From contig WELA01003053.1 of NCBI GenBank assembly GCA_009602735.1, forward strand, positions 53,298 through 117,297: DNA of 64,000 nucleotides, in the 5' to 3' direction. The notes beneath the pieces are model-generated. The model was not told the origin of the DNA and did not search any database. It worked only from the letters and a program-made list of their open reading frames with translations. The stretch comes from Mesotaenium endlicherianum (lineage: Eukaryota). Of the stretch, positions 25,901-37,913 are shown piece by piece (the first letter of the stretch is position 1; each line of letters starts with the position of its first letter). A program made the translations under genes and the position numbers.

Positions 25901-28900
25901 CCGACAGCTTTTTCCACGCCGTGAGAGTCTTTTTATGCTGTCCTGACCATATCATACAAGGTATATATGCGAGTTACTAGATCCACGCCGCCTCCCTTGG
26001 TGCCTGCAGTTTTGTACCTACAGACACTACAAGTGCCTGGGGCCGCTTAGCAGCGAACTGTCTGGCGCGTTTCGTGAGAGGAGTATTACATAAGGTTCCG
26101 ATGGACAAAGAATCGCCCACTCTAACATGCACTTGGGTCTTTGGTGCAGCTGCCTTGTGATAGCCGAGGGTGCAACGCCCTTGTACTTTGCTTGGTACGA
26201 CGAAAGAAGGGCGTGGACTGGGCCCATTGCAGCACTGACCTTCGCATATGGGAGGCCACCATGTGCAGATCTTCAAGCGCCTGTACGAGAGCAGCTCCCC
26301 GCTCCACGTGTCCAGCCACCTGGCGATCCTGGAGGCGCTGCGCGACGTGTGCAAGCGCGTGGTGAAGGAGCTGACCAACTGGATCATCTACTCGGACGAG
26401 GAGCGCAAGGTCCACCGCGGCATCACCGTGGGCCTCATCCAGGCGGAGCTCATCAACCTGGCCGACTACAACGTGCACCTGGCCAAGCTCATGGACGGCG
26501 GCAGAAACGGTACCCTTTTCTTCCCTTCCCTTCCCGTCCCTTCCCTCTGTGCCCTTTTCCCTTCCTCTCCGCTGTTACGAGTGCACACAGGGTGGCACCG
26601 TAGTATCAGCACCACGTGTGGTGTGTGCACTCAAGGCCGCTGCCGCTGCTGTGACAGGGGTGTCCTATATACTAGACATGTGCATCTCTGTGTCTGTACA
26701 CATATGTAACACATGTATGTTCAATTGTGTTTGCGTGTGGATGTAACTGTAACCGTTAGTACGTGTTCTTGAAACTGTTACGTGTCCTCCACTGCAGCAA
26801 CCGCGACGGAGTTTGCGGTGTACCTCGTGCGGGCGTGCGTCATCGAGAACGCCATCATCAGCGCCACAGAGCTGTACAATGTCATCGAGGTTCTGGGCAA
26901 GGTACGTCCAAGTGTCCCTCCTGTGCTACTGCAAAGCGCTCCAGCGCCCCACCCCCCTCCGTGCGAACAGTGCTTTGGCAAAATTGACTCCCAAGTGCGG
27001 CTCATGCATGTGTGACATGTTTTATGGATCCTTTCTGCACTTCTTGAGCATGTCGGAAATGTTCATCTGCTGCTACCTTTCCAGATCCATCCGTGTACTC
27101 AGCACCTACAGGAGACTGGAAAAGAGTAGTGGCATACATTGAAAAGCTTGGGGATATTAAACGCTTAGGGAAGGTGGCATGGGTGGCAAAGCTGAGATTG
27201 TGTGTTGCATCTTGTCATTCCCCTCCAGATTGCGCAAAGGCCTGGCGCCCCTGAGGCGCTGCACGAGCTGGTGGAGCTGGCCAGGAACAGCACGGCCACG
27301 GGAGCTCCAGGAGCAGCAGCAGCTGCCAAAGACGACAAGGGCAGAACCGTCAAGGACAAGAAGGTAGTTCCCATCTTCATATTTTGTTGAGGTGGATCTG
27401 CATGCGGCATGCTTGCCATGTCACGTCTGGGGGGTGTGACAGCTGGAGCCTGCAGGCTGACAACATTGTACGATGAGTTGGCATGCAGTGCCGATGGAGA
27501 AAGATTCTACTTTGGAACCGAAATGTCTGTTTTGTTTTTTGTTATGCTGACGATGGACTCTGTATCTGTTTCAGGCCCTGGTCGCACGCGCGCCTGGAGC
27601 AAAGGAGGAGCAGAAACCCGTGGCCAAGGACTCTTCATCTGGCATCTCCCCCGCTTTCCGCGAGCAGGTGCATTGCGGACTCGTTTTCTGTTCATTTTAA
27701 GGCCATTGTCAACGTGTCTGGGCGTATAAAATTTTGGTGTATTTCCTTCCAATCGTCTTGCTTCTGGGGTTTTGTTGAAAACAATAAATGTGGTCATTGG
27801 TCCGATATTTTATTTATCATGTGGAAATGCCTGCAGCCTGCGCAACCTGAAGCTGATTGCTCCCGCCAGTAGCTTTCAAGCCAAACTGAATGCGCACATA
27901 GCGAATCCAAGGCTGGCCCCTTCGCACCGCGTGTCATGTTCCGCATGTGCATTGCTGGTTACTGGAATATTCTCACGCAGCATAACAAAAATCTAAAACA
28001 CTCAAACAGAGCAGCTCCTCCACCCGCCGGGACTGAAGCGTGGTATGTGTCTGGCTCGTGTCTCCTTGCTGTGGCGCTGTGCCCTCCCTCGGCTGTCCGT
28101 CGCTTGTACAGGTGGTGGCGCTCTTCGACGAGTGGGTGCGCGTGTGCGACGCGGCTGCCGGCAACGACAAGATCTACGCCGGCTACATCACGCAGCTGCA
28201 GCACTCGGGCATGCTCAAGGGCGACGAGACCTCCGATCGCTTTTTCCGCATCCTCAGCGTGAGTCACACTCGCTGCAACCTGTAGCCATGTTTTTTCAGA
28301 AGCACAAGCAGAGCAAAGGGGCTTGATTCATGATGAAGGTCTTCACGATGATGATGATCACTCTGTTGCAAAGTTTTGTGGTCTGGATAACAAGTTATGA
28401 ATGTTAATGCCCATTGCATCGTGAATGCTGAAGTGAGTCATCAGGCTGGGGCACTTTTATCTGCTTTCGCACGCAACAGCAGCCCGCAGCTCTTTTGTGA
28501 TGTGCTGCTGCGCTTCATAGCAAACAACCATCTCAGGTAGGCATGTACTTATGTGCAACAGCTGCTCGAGACTTTTGCTTTGTGCTGCTGAAATAGTAAG
28601 CCAGCTAACAATGTCTCCAAGCGGGGGGGGTATTGTGCTGCTGCTGGTGCAACAACAGGAGGTGGCCGTGAACCACTGCCTGAGCACGGCTGTGGCCCCC
28701 AGCACCATCAGCGGGGCGCCCGTACTCAACTTTGCCGCCATCGACATGTATGCCAAGCTCGTCGTGCTGCTTGTCAAGGTCAGCCCAATTCTTTCTTCCC
28801 GCCTGTGCGTTTATAAATCAATTGTCTTTTTTCATTGATCTTCAGTACGTCCACATACCTCTGACCCTTTTGAGGAAGCTGGCTGCAGAGAGCTCTGTTT

Positions 28901-30761
28901 TCGCTGTTGCTGGTGCTCGCCTGCAGCCTGCAAATGCATGGCCCTGAGAGACTGACGTGAGGAGGAAGTAAATGTGTGAGCTTGTGGCTGTATGTGCAGT
29001 ACTACGTCGACCCGTCTGGCAGTGCTGCCATGAGCAAGATCAATATTATCAACAAGGTATTACTTTTTTTTAGAACTTACACAACTTCTTGAGCAGTGTG
29101 CGCCATCGTATTTGTGTGACAGGGGTTGTGTGGAAATTTTTGCTTGCTCTGTACCAGAAGCCAGTGCGATGTGAGGAGCGAAGGTCGCAGATTGTTTGAT
29201 GCATGTTGTTGTATGCATGTATAACATAGGATGTGCAACAGATGAACCTATGTATTTGGGAAAAGAAATATGTACGCATATGAATGAGTGATGGAGTTTA
29301 TACATCCCCTGTCTGTCGCTGCGCATCTGCAGGTGTTGAACATCACCGTCCGGCTGGTGCAAAAGGACGCGGACGACAAGAAGCCGGCTATGAATGCGCG
29401 GCCCTACTTCCGCCTGTTTGTGACGTGGCTCATGGACCTCAACTCCCCCGACCCTTTGCTGGACCCCATCAACTTCCAGGTCAGGCCCGCAACCGTGTGT
29501 GTGAGTGTGCGCGCGCGTGTGAGTGAATTTGGGGGGGGGNNNNNNNNNNNNNNNNNNNNNNNNNNNNNNNNNNNNNNNNNNNNNNNNNNNNNNNNNNNNN
29601 NNNNNGGGGGGGTTGGGGGGGGGGGGCTGTATTTGCTCCCAACATTTGTGCTGTGCAATGCAATGGCCTCATGTGAGTGCTGCACGGGCGTTTGCATTAG
29701 TCTGGTTTTTTTGGCACAAACATTCCACACGTCCTCTCCATGTTGGAGGCTCTTAGTGCTTTTTGTCGTAGTTTTAGGTAGAGGAGTCCTCTTCACCCCC
29801 TCAAACCCGCGTCCCGCACACGTTCTCTGCCTGTGATGCACAGATCCTGACGGCGTACAGCAACGCATTCCTGGCGCTGCAGCCCATCCGAGCTCCGAGC
29901 TTCAGGTGCACCCTGAGCTGCTGCTTATGGACTGCCTTTGGGGCGGACTCCCGCATTAATTCTTGTGGCGCTTTCTTGCTTGCTGATTGTATGGTCTGTT
30001 CGATTGATCACGTTGATCTGTTCTCCGTGGCCTGTCTGGGCATTTTGTTGACTATGATATTCAGGTGTGCCGGTTTGTGCATGCATTTGTGCTTGTGTAC
30101 AGGTGCTTGGGTGAATGGGTGCATAGGTATTTGTGAGTCTGTATGTGTGCGTATCCGCCTGCCTGCTCACGTCTCCACTCTTCGTGTGTGTGTTTGGGGG
30201 GGGGGGGGGGGGGGGGNNNNNNNNNNNNNNNNNNNNNNNNNNNNNNNNNNNNNNNNNNNNNNNNNNNNNNNNNNNNNNNNNNNNNNNNNNNNNNNNNNNN
30301 NNNNNNNNNNNNNNNNNNNNNNNNNNNNNNNNNNNNNNNNNNNNNNNNNNNNNNNNNNNNNNNNNNNNNNNNNNNNNNNNNNNNGGGGGGGGTGTGCTCA
30401 TGCTGGCAGCTTTGCGTGGCTGGAGCTGATCAGCCACCGGGCCTTCATGCCGAAGCTGCTGCTGGCCAACTCCCAGAAGGGCTGGCCCCTCTTCCAGCGC
30501 CTGCTCGTTGCGCTCTTCAAGTTCATGGAGCCCTACCTGCGCAACGCGGAACTCAGCGAGCCGGTGAGTCCGCGCGCTTGGGTTTGAATGCATCTCAGCT
30601 CCTCAAAAGCATCTGCATCCTTTTGTGCATGCATGCAGAAGCTCGCCTGTTGGGAGTGCCTTCTTACTGGCGTAGTAGTAAGTCTACCATCTCCAGAGGT
30701 TGGGTTCCAGTGAGCACCCCCCACCCCAGGTCCGCCTGAACCTGAATATTTACGTGTCCGT

Positions 30762-30800
<39 letters not shown>

Positions 30801-32647
30801 CGCATGCTTCCAGGTGAGGCTGCTGTACAGGGGGACGCTGCGCGTGCTGCTCGTGCTGCTGCACGACTTCCCCGAGTTTCTCTGCGACCACCACTTCAGC
30901 TTCTGCGACGTCATTCCGCCCAGCTGCATTCAGATGCGCAACCTCATCCTCAGCGCCTTCCCCCGCAACATGCGCCTGCCGGACCCCTTCACGCCCAACC
31001 TCAAGGTGGACCTGCTGCCGGAGATTAGCCAGTCCCCACGCATTTTGCCGGACGTGGATGCGGTGCTTCGTGCCAAGGGGCTCAAGAGCGAGGTGGACGA
31101 CTACCTTAAGGTGTGTGCGCTGGTCTCTTCTCACCTGGTCGGGTGCTTGGCCTGGTTCAAGTGCTAGGCCTAGCATTGTGCTGTTGGAACCCCACGGTAG
31201 CCGCAGTTTCTTGTGATTAGGAAGCAGATTGTAATGTTGGCTTCGATCGATATTAAGGTCTGGTCTTGCTTGGTTATGGGTGAGTGTGCCAGACGCGACA
31301 GGCCTCGTCCTTCTTGTCGGGCGATCTGAAGCAGCGCCTGATGCTGCCTGCTGCCGAGGCCCAGCAGTGCGGGACCCGTTACAACGTGCCCCTGATCAAC
31401 TCCCTGGTCCTTTACATCGGCATCCAGGTATGATTTGCTTGCTCACCTACATGCTTACTTGCTGAATCTTGCTTGCTGACGCCTTGACTCGCGCTTCTCT
31501 TGCATCCCTCGCATTCACGTCGGTCCTGTCCTCTCTCTAATATTAAACTTCGAAGTAGCTGCAGCAACCCTGGAGCACAGCGGTAACGGCTGCAGCAGCA
31601 GTAGCAGTAGCAGCAGCTGCGGCAGGATCAGAAGCAGAGTGAAACTGCTCATCGCCTGGGGGGCTTGCACGTGAGCTGAGCTGTTCTGTGGCCTCCCTGT
31701 GGCCGTGCTGCCACGCGTGTGGATGCGTGCAGGCCATCCAGCAGCTGCAGTCCAAGTCCACGCCTCAGCAGCTGGCGGTGCCCACGGCCCCCATCACGCA
31801 CAGCGCCCCCATGGACGTTTTCCAGCGCACCATCACTGAGCTTGACACGGAGGGCCGCTACCTGTTCCTCAATGCCATTGCCAACCAGCTGCGCTACCCC
31901 AACAACCACACGCACTACTTCTCCTGCGTCCTCCTCTACCTGTTTGCCGAGACGACCCAGGTCAGCGCCACTGCGTGGCTCTGGCTCTCTGCCTCTGCTG
32001 GTCTGTTACTTTATGCTTGGCGTGGCATAGAGTATGTTTGAACTCTCTTATCAAATCCGTTCTGCCTGCAATTCCGTTGCGTCATAACGCTTTTTCTTTG
32101 ACATCTTATGTGGATATTGAGCTTCTGTCTAATGGACCATTCTGGGTTGCTGGGTGGCGCGTCGGCCGCGTGTTTTGTCTCTGTGTGTCTGTGTTGTGCA
32201 CAGGAGATGGTCCAAGAGCAGATCACGCGTGTGTTGCTGGAGCGCCTCATAGTCAACCGGCCGCACCCCTGGGGCTTGCTCATCACCTTCATTGAGCTCA
32301 TCAAGGTGCAGCAGACTCAACCCTGATGCTTCATTCATGGAGGTTTGTGTGTTGCAGCAAGTAGACATTGTTGTGCGCCCTTTTCTTTTTTTATGCTAAT
32401 GCATGCTTGTATCAAAGTTGGACTGTTGAGGCGAAGGCATATGGCCCGCACCAAGGCGAAGGCATTTGTCTGTTCGTTTGATGTCTTTGTGCAGAACCCT
32501 CGCTACAATTTTTGGAGCCATAGCTTCACTCGGTGTGCTCCAGAGATAGAGAAGTTGTTTGAGTCGGTGGCGCGCTCGTGTATGGGCCCTGCGTTGAAAC
32601 CCGGAGAGGAGGAGCTAGACATTAGCATGGGTAGTGATAAAGGATGA
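10953..32647 (+). CDS. NOT1: CCR4-NOT transcription complex subunit 1, multi-exon (roughly 45-50 exons)
   Basis: Exon 1 10953-11039 ([16 protein letters not shown]); conserved exons [138 protein letters not shown] introns; TGA at 32645. Confidence 0.97.
13309..13711. other. Assembly gap (N)
   Basis: N run; both flanks carry nearly the same poly-C/GGGG/poly-C motif. Confidence 0.99.
20611..20656 (+). repeat. GCN trinucleotide run encoding a ~15-residue poly-Ala in a NOT1 linker exon
   Basis: gct gca gct gca gcg gcg gcg gca...; poly-Gln runs also at ~16525 and ~20220. Confidence 0.7.
21656..22370. other. Assembly gap (N)
   Basis: N run flanked by poly-C. Confidence 0.99.
29540..29605. other. 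Assembly gap (N)
   Basis: N run flanked by poly-G. Confidence 0.99.
30217..30384. other. Assembly gap (N)
   Basis: N run flanked by poly-G. Confidence 0.99.
30760..30802. repeat. (TG)n(CG)n microsatellite just upstream of a splice acceptor
   Basis: Seen directly. Confidence 0.9.
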
Positions 32648-34287
32648 AAAGCTTAGTTGTACAGGTAGGTAGACTATCCTAGTTGTACATATTTCGAAGC
32701 ATTTTGTACTTCGTCTATTCAACCTTGTTGCTTGTGTAGGGTACTTGCTGTGTCTGCTTGTGGTGGATGTGAATTGGGCACTGTTAAATGCCTGCATTCA
32801 TATGAATGCAATCTTCAGTGTGATCAGTGTTCATACCAACATCCTGATCTTTTAGTTGCCCAATATTATTGCCTTCTGAGTAACTCTTCAGCTCACGTAG
32901 CCTATGGGTGCAGACATGCTTTTTATTGACTCAGGGCCAGGAATATGATGTGTTGACAGTGGCAAACTGATGTCGTGAATCCTTGTTTGATTAAGTTCTG
33001 ATTTACAGGAACAGATGCAATCTTTATTGATTATTTAAGGTTAAGATTTTTAACTCACATGTCCGTAAGAATGCTTCATTGCAGTGACTTATACAACCTA
33101 AGGGTAGTGAACTTCATCCCATGGTCATCCTTTCTTCCTCGTACATATGAATTACTTTGTCAAGGAAGATACATTACGGAGGAGAGATTCACAAAGTCTC
33201 ATGTGTGTTCTCTACAACATACTGCATGATTTGTGTTCAAGAACATATGAGCCATTTGTTATTTGGGACCTATAGCACATCCCCTAATGTCAAAACCGAA
33301 TTCCTTACAATGTGATGGAGACAAAAAATGCCATGTATTGGTACATAAATTTATGCAAATGATTCACAATGGCCACAATTTTGAGTTCATGTACAAAAAA
33401 AAACCTGTCGCTTAAAGGCCTGCTGACGCTTTTCATGAAATTTGCTCGTAGTATCATAGCCTGAGTGTCTCGTAGATAGTCTGCCCCGGTTTGCAGAGCA
33501 CGTCGAAATGTGACATTTGACATTTTGTGTTCAATTTTGCCTGATTTCGAAAGAAAGAAGGTGATTTTAGATAGAATAGTAGGAGTTTGTGTAGCAGCTA
33601 CCTTCCTGCTGCAATGAGGCTTCTTTGCAACGAGAAGCCTTATGAGGGTTTCGTTTGTCGATGAGGCACAACACGTGTGAAATCGATCAAATTTGAACAC
33701 TTGTCAAACTTAGATTTCATGTCGCAAAACCTTCAATTTTGCTGATCCGCATACTGTGAGAAAAGAAAGTTGTCGTGGGATTCTATGCGCGCCTGCGCAG
33801 TTTTCATGGTCCAAGGAGTGCGTGAGAGAAGTTGAATACAGTATGTTGGCATCCAGCTGTATGCAGAAGGCGTAGCACATCATATTCTCTCAGCCCACTT
33901 GAGCATGCAATCAACGGCCGTGGTGAGAAAGAATATCACTTAGGCCATTTCTGTCACAAAACCCTGTGATACACATCTGCATCAGGCCTTCAGAAGTTGA
34001 AGTCCAGAAAACACAGAAGGCGACAAGATCATCCACCTTAATTTAATTCCCTTATCCACCAATGCCTCAATTGCCAGCCTTGACTCATTCCTGTTCTTAC
34101 TCCACAGCCATCTCTTTTTTCTCTAGCAGAACAAAACATTATGGAAGCAAGGAACGGAAACTGGAAAAAAAAACACAAGAACACAGATATGCACTCACGT
34201 GCATAAACCTGCGCACATCCACATGCACAAGCACGCGTACAAGTACTGCATGCACTTAAGCACCCACCCACCCCAAACACACATGCA

Positions 34288-34297
34288 TGCGCGCGCG

Positions 34298-34336
<39 letters not shown>

Positions 34337-34375
34337 ACACACATACACACACACACGCACACATGCACGCGCGCC
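34288..34375. repeat. (CA)n / (CG)n microsatellite
   Basis: Seen directly. Confidence 0.9.
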
Positions 34376-34392
34376 GTACCACGCATGCACAC

Positions 34393-35176
34393 CTGGATTT
34401 GATTCTCCACGAGGAGCGTGGCGAGCTCCTTCTCCAGCCCAGCCACGCTCGTGTTGAACGCCTCAGCCATGGCCCGGAGGTCCACCAAGATGAAGGGCGT
34501 GGTGTATTGTATGAGCGCGAGGTGGCAGATCTGCTCGTACAGGCTGTCCACGTGGCCGTACAGGTGGACGTCCAGTGCCAACGTCTCCTTCAGCTTCTGC
34601 AGGTGCGTCAGGCACGACGCGTACCGGCTGCACACACTCGAACGTTCACACGTTCACACGCTCGCACAGGTGTTTGGGATGAACACGCACATCACAGACA
34701 ACACGCAGCACCTTGCCGCGTGACAGACACACACTTGTTAAATACCAACATTGTCGAGAAGGACCTGCCTGCACCCCAGATCCATGCCTGCCAGCGTGGC
34801 CAGCTCTGCTGGGAAGCAAACGTGCGACGCGTGACACTTATCACTTGAGACAGCAAACACGTGACAAGTGGAGAATCTGGATACACATGTGCATACATCA
34901 GCAGAGGCAGCCAACACAAAAGTCTTCATGAGCCTCATAGTAATGAAGGGGGTCTTTGAATCGCTCTAATCATGCGCATGTGTGCACATAGCCCAGCATA
35001 GTGGACAACACTACGCACCCTAGCAGCAGCAGCAGTGACAGCAGCACACCACAGAACAACATAGTGTCCACGTATGCACTCTAGCCCAGCCAATGTCATA
35101 CAACTACCCAAACGCCAGGATTCTTCAAAGCTTGACTAATAGCATGCTACAATAACGTCTGACACACCTCCTTCTC

Positions 35177-35213
<37 letters not shown>

Positions 35214-35691
35214 NGTTGCGGAAGTTGACATTGTCAATCACACTGCTCTGCAAAGTCTTTATTTAGGCACAATATGCCTATGAGAAACGACTAAAGTCCG
35301 TTATAATTGACATGCATGCGCGTGCGTGTGTAGGCGTGCAAGCGTGCGTGTGCGTGTGTGCGTGCACGTAAATGTGTGTGTGTGTGTGTGCGTGTGCGTG
35401 TGTGTGTGTGTGTGAGTCTGATGACAAGGAGGCGGTGTGCATGTACTGGAGAGATGCAGGGGAGAAGCGATTTGAATGCGCTGCTTGCCTTGATTGTCAA
35501 CGAAGACGGATGCCAAGGAAATCAAGCATGCATTTACCTTCAGAAACAGAGACGAGAGGGAGGGGACAGGGGGACACAAACCTTCAGCTTGAGGCGGTCA
35601 AAGGAGGCCAGGGAACACAAGCAACTGTAGAGCACAATGTCCTGCAACGCTTACAACCTCGCTGTAGTTGCTGTCCAGCTCAAAGTTGGTC
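34393..35691 (-). pseudogene. CSN1: COP9 signalosome subunit 1 (CSN1/FUS6) partial pseudogene with introns
   Basis: Exon 34627-34393 SRYASCL..L..LK..L.LD.HL..HVD.LY.QI...ALIQYT.PF..VDL..MA.AF.TSV.GLEKEL...NQIQ; exon 35691-35582 ELDSNYSEVV/ALQDIVLYSCLCSLASFDR with a frameshift; remnant VLLDNVGI* near 34765-34740; no other exons seen. Confidence 0.85.
35182..35213. repeat. (GA)n microsatellite ending at a single-N contig junction
   Basis: Seen directly; N at 35214. Confidence 0.9.
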
Positions 35692-36666
35692 CTACTTCCC
35701 CCCCCACAGCCTGCGTAGGGCCTGGATGCGAAGTGTTCATCCATTCAAATCCCTCGTCCCTGCTGCCGACAGCTGGCAGCTTGCAACCCCGTCTGCTCCT
35801 GGCGTACACTCAGAGTATCCAAAAGAAGGAGAGCCCAACAGGCAGGTCTACAGGGGGGAAATGAAATGAGCACCTGTCTACTTGTCTAAGTTGGTCCCTT
35901 AAGCGCCAGCACTCCCATACATCTGTTGGTAAGACATCAAATTAAAGGCTCCTCAGGAAGAAGTCAATGCCGGCTGCCAAGTCCTTGTCAAACTCTTTTC
36001 TCACACCGCCATGCCTTTCAAAATGAGAGGTCCCTTTTTCCAACAAGTGTGACCCATAGCTTCCTGCCACAGCTGAGGTGGATGCTGCACAGGCAGGTAA
36101 CTCATCCACCAAGGATCTACTCTATCTCTACTAGCAACTCCTGTAACACCAGCAACATGTACCTCCGGTGTCCCTTCCACAGACTCCTTAGACACATGGC
36201 AACAATCGAATTAAGTTTGTGTTTGAGGCACTCTCAACTGCTCTTAACGATCACCTCGAGGATCGCTTCAAAGATGACTTTGAGCAGTCCGGTGTGCTAC
36301 ATAAATAGAGACATCCTGGGCATCGTGACTTCATTAGACAAAGTTCTTATTGCGTGTGCCCGTCCTTGTTCAAATATATAGGCGTGAGTGTCAATTAGAA
36401 AGCTTTACGATGAGCTTTAGATAATTACTATTACATGTTACCTTCATCTTTTAAATTCACCATTTAACTTCACTTCTTTTCAAGAACTACACAATGCCAG
36501 GAGATGCTATTCCTTCAGTAGCGTCTGGGATGACTCAGTTACACCAAGGCAGGGTAGCGGTGTATGTCATCGTAGCATGTCTTGTAGCTGCCAATGGCGG
36601 TCTATTATTTGGTTATGGTATTGGCGTAACCGGTAAGCCATACGAGAGACACAGAATGGTTTGGAT

Positions 36667-37119
36667 TTGACTTTCTGACACTGTGGCATATTATAGTCAA
36701 AATAAATTTTATATCTTTATTCAATTGACATTTCTAGTGTTCACACTATGTTCAGTCACATACTAGTCTTGAACGTACTCATTAGTGTTCACACTAGCTG
36801 TATGACATGCCACGCGTCATCTGATATTAGTTTTGACTAGTTCTTTGCCACATAGCGTGTATATCACTAGTCAGTTAGTCATCACAAGTAATCCTGCACA
36901 GCAGGACACTTCTCTAACTTAGTTTGCCTAGTCAAATGACACTACAGACTAGCAAGCATGAAGTGCTGAAGCTGTAGCACAAATTTCATTTTGCAAAAAG
37001 CTCAATTCACAGAAAGTTGACAAGCTTCATCTTTAAGCTCTTCTATTTCAAACATTCTCTATTCTATTTCTACATCTCAGATAATTTCTGCCTTCAAGCT
37101 TGGCAGAAATATCACAACA
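36667..37119 (+). repeat. Copia 5' LTR (lacks the first ~49 bp)
   Basis: Direct repeat of 44429-44890; ends ...ATCACAACA. Confidence 0.93.
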
Positions 37120-37133
37120 TGGTATCAAAGGCC
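37120..37133 (+). promoter_or_regulatory. Primer binding site, initiator tRNA-Met type
   Basis: TGGTATCAAAGGCC directly after the LTR; canonical plant iMet PBS is TGGTATCAGAGC. Confidence 0.85.
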
Positions 37134-37557
37134 TAACTGTAAAAGAGTTTGATGGTGTGAACTTCCATCAATGGAGCTCCCGTCTTCGCATAATGATGAG
37201 GCCTGTTGATCTCTGGGCTCATCTCAATGAAGACCTTGTTGTTCCCGAAGACCCTGGTGAACTCAGAGAAAAGTTTATTCAGAAAAGAGATTATGCTCTA
37301 GCTATACTTGTTGCTAGTCTATCTTTAGAGCATTTTGAGTTAATTCAATATCTAGATGAGCGCAGACCAGCTTGGAAAGCTCTTGTGACTCACTTTGCTC
37401 CTAATAACATTCCACAAATGCGACTGTATAGATTTCAGCTCAACTCTATGAAAAAGCAGACTAATGAGAAGATGGAGACATATGTCCTCAGATTCAAGGC
37501 TATTCTCACCAATCTAAAGGCTATTTGTGACAATGTTCCCAACTCTGAAATTTTATC

Positions 37558-37913
37558 ACCCTGTGGGATCCCCGCCTCTGCAGCTCTATGCGGGCCCAAA
37601 GGGGCGGAAAAATGTCTATTTCCCTTTGGGCTCTAAGGCTCTAGGTTTTGTGCCGGAGGGGGCCATCAAAATTTTGTCCCTTGCGCCCTCTTCGAGGTTT
37701 TGAAAGAAAAACTCGGACTCCGGGAAAAGAGAATCTGCCCCCATGGCCCTGTGCACGTCTTTGCGCGACACAAAATTGTATTTGGTAGCAAAACCGAGGG
37801 CATCCCCTCACCTTTGCCCTATGCGGGGTAAGGTCATCCTACCCCCCGACAATACTGTTTCAGAACTCGGGGGTAGGATGACCTCACCCCGCATAGGGCA
37901 AAGGTGGGGGGAT
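37558..37913. mobile_element. ~355-bp CpG-rich non-coding insertion in Copia gag with a long terminal hairpin (boundaries approximate)
   Basis: gag breaks at NSEIL and resumes at LLVMGGLPD; 47-48-bp inverted repeat 37802-37849 / 37867-37913; a diverged third copy of the arm near 37568. Confidence 0.75.

Noticed and set aside
33305..33700. 131-aa minus-strand ORF or possible TE remnant downstream of NOT1
   Set aside because: No motif, no termini or TSD found
36735..36800. Repeated palindrome tagtgttcacacta as a CRISPR-like array
   Set aside because: Only two copies per LTR, eukaryotic context, no cas genes; an ordinary LTR sub-repeat
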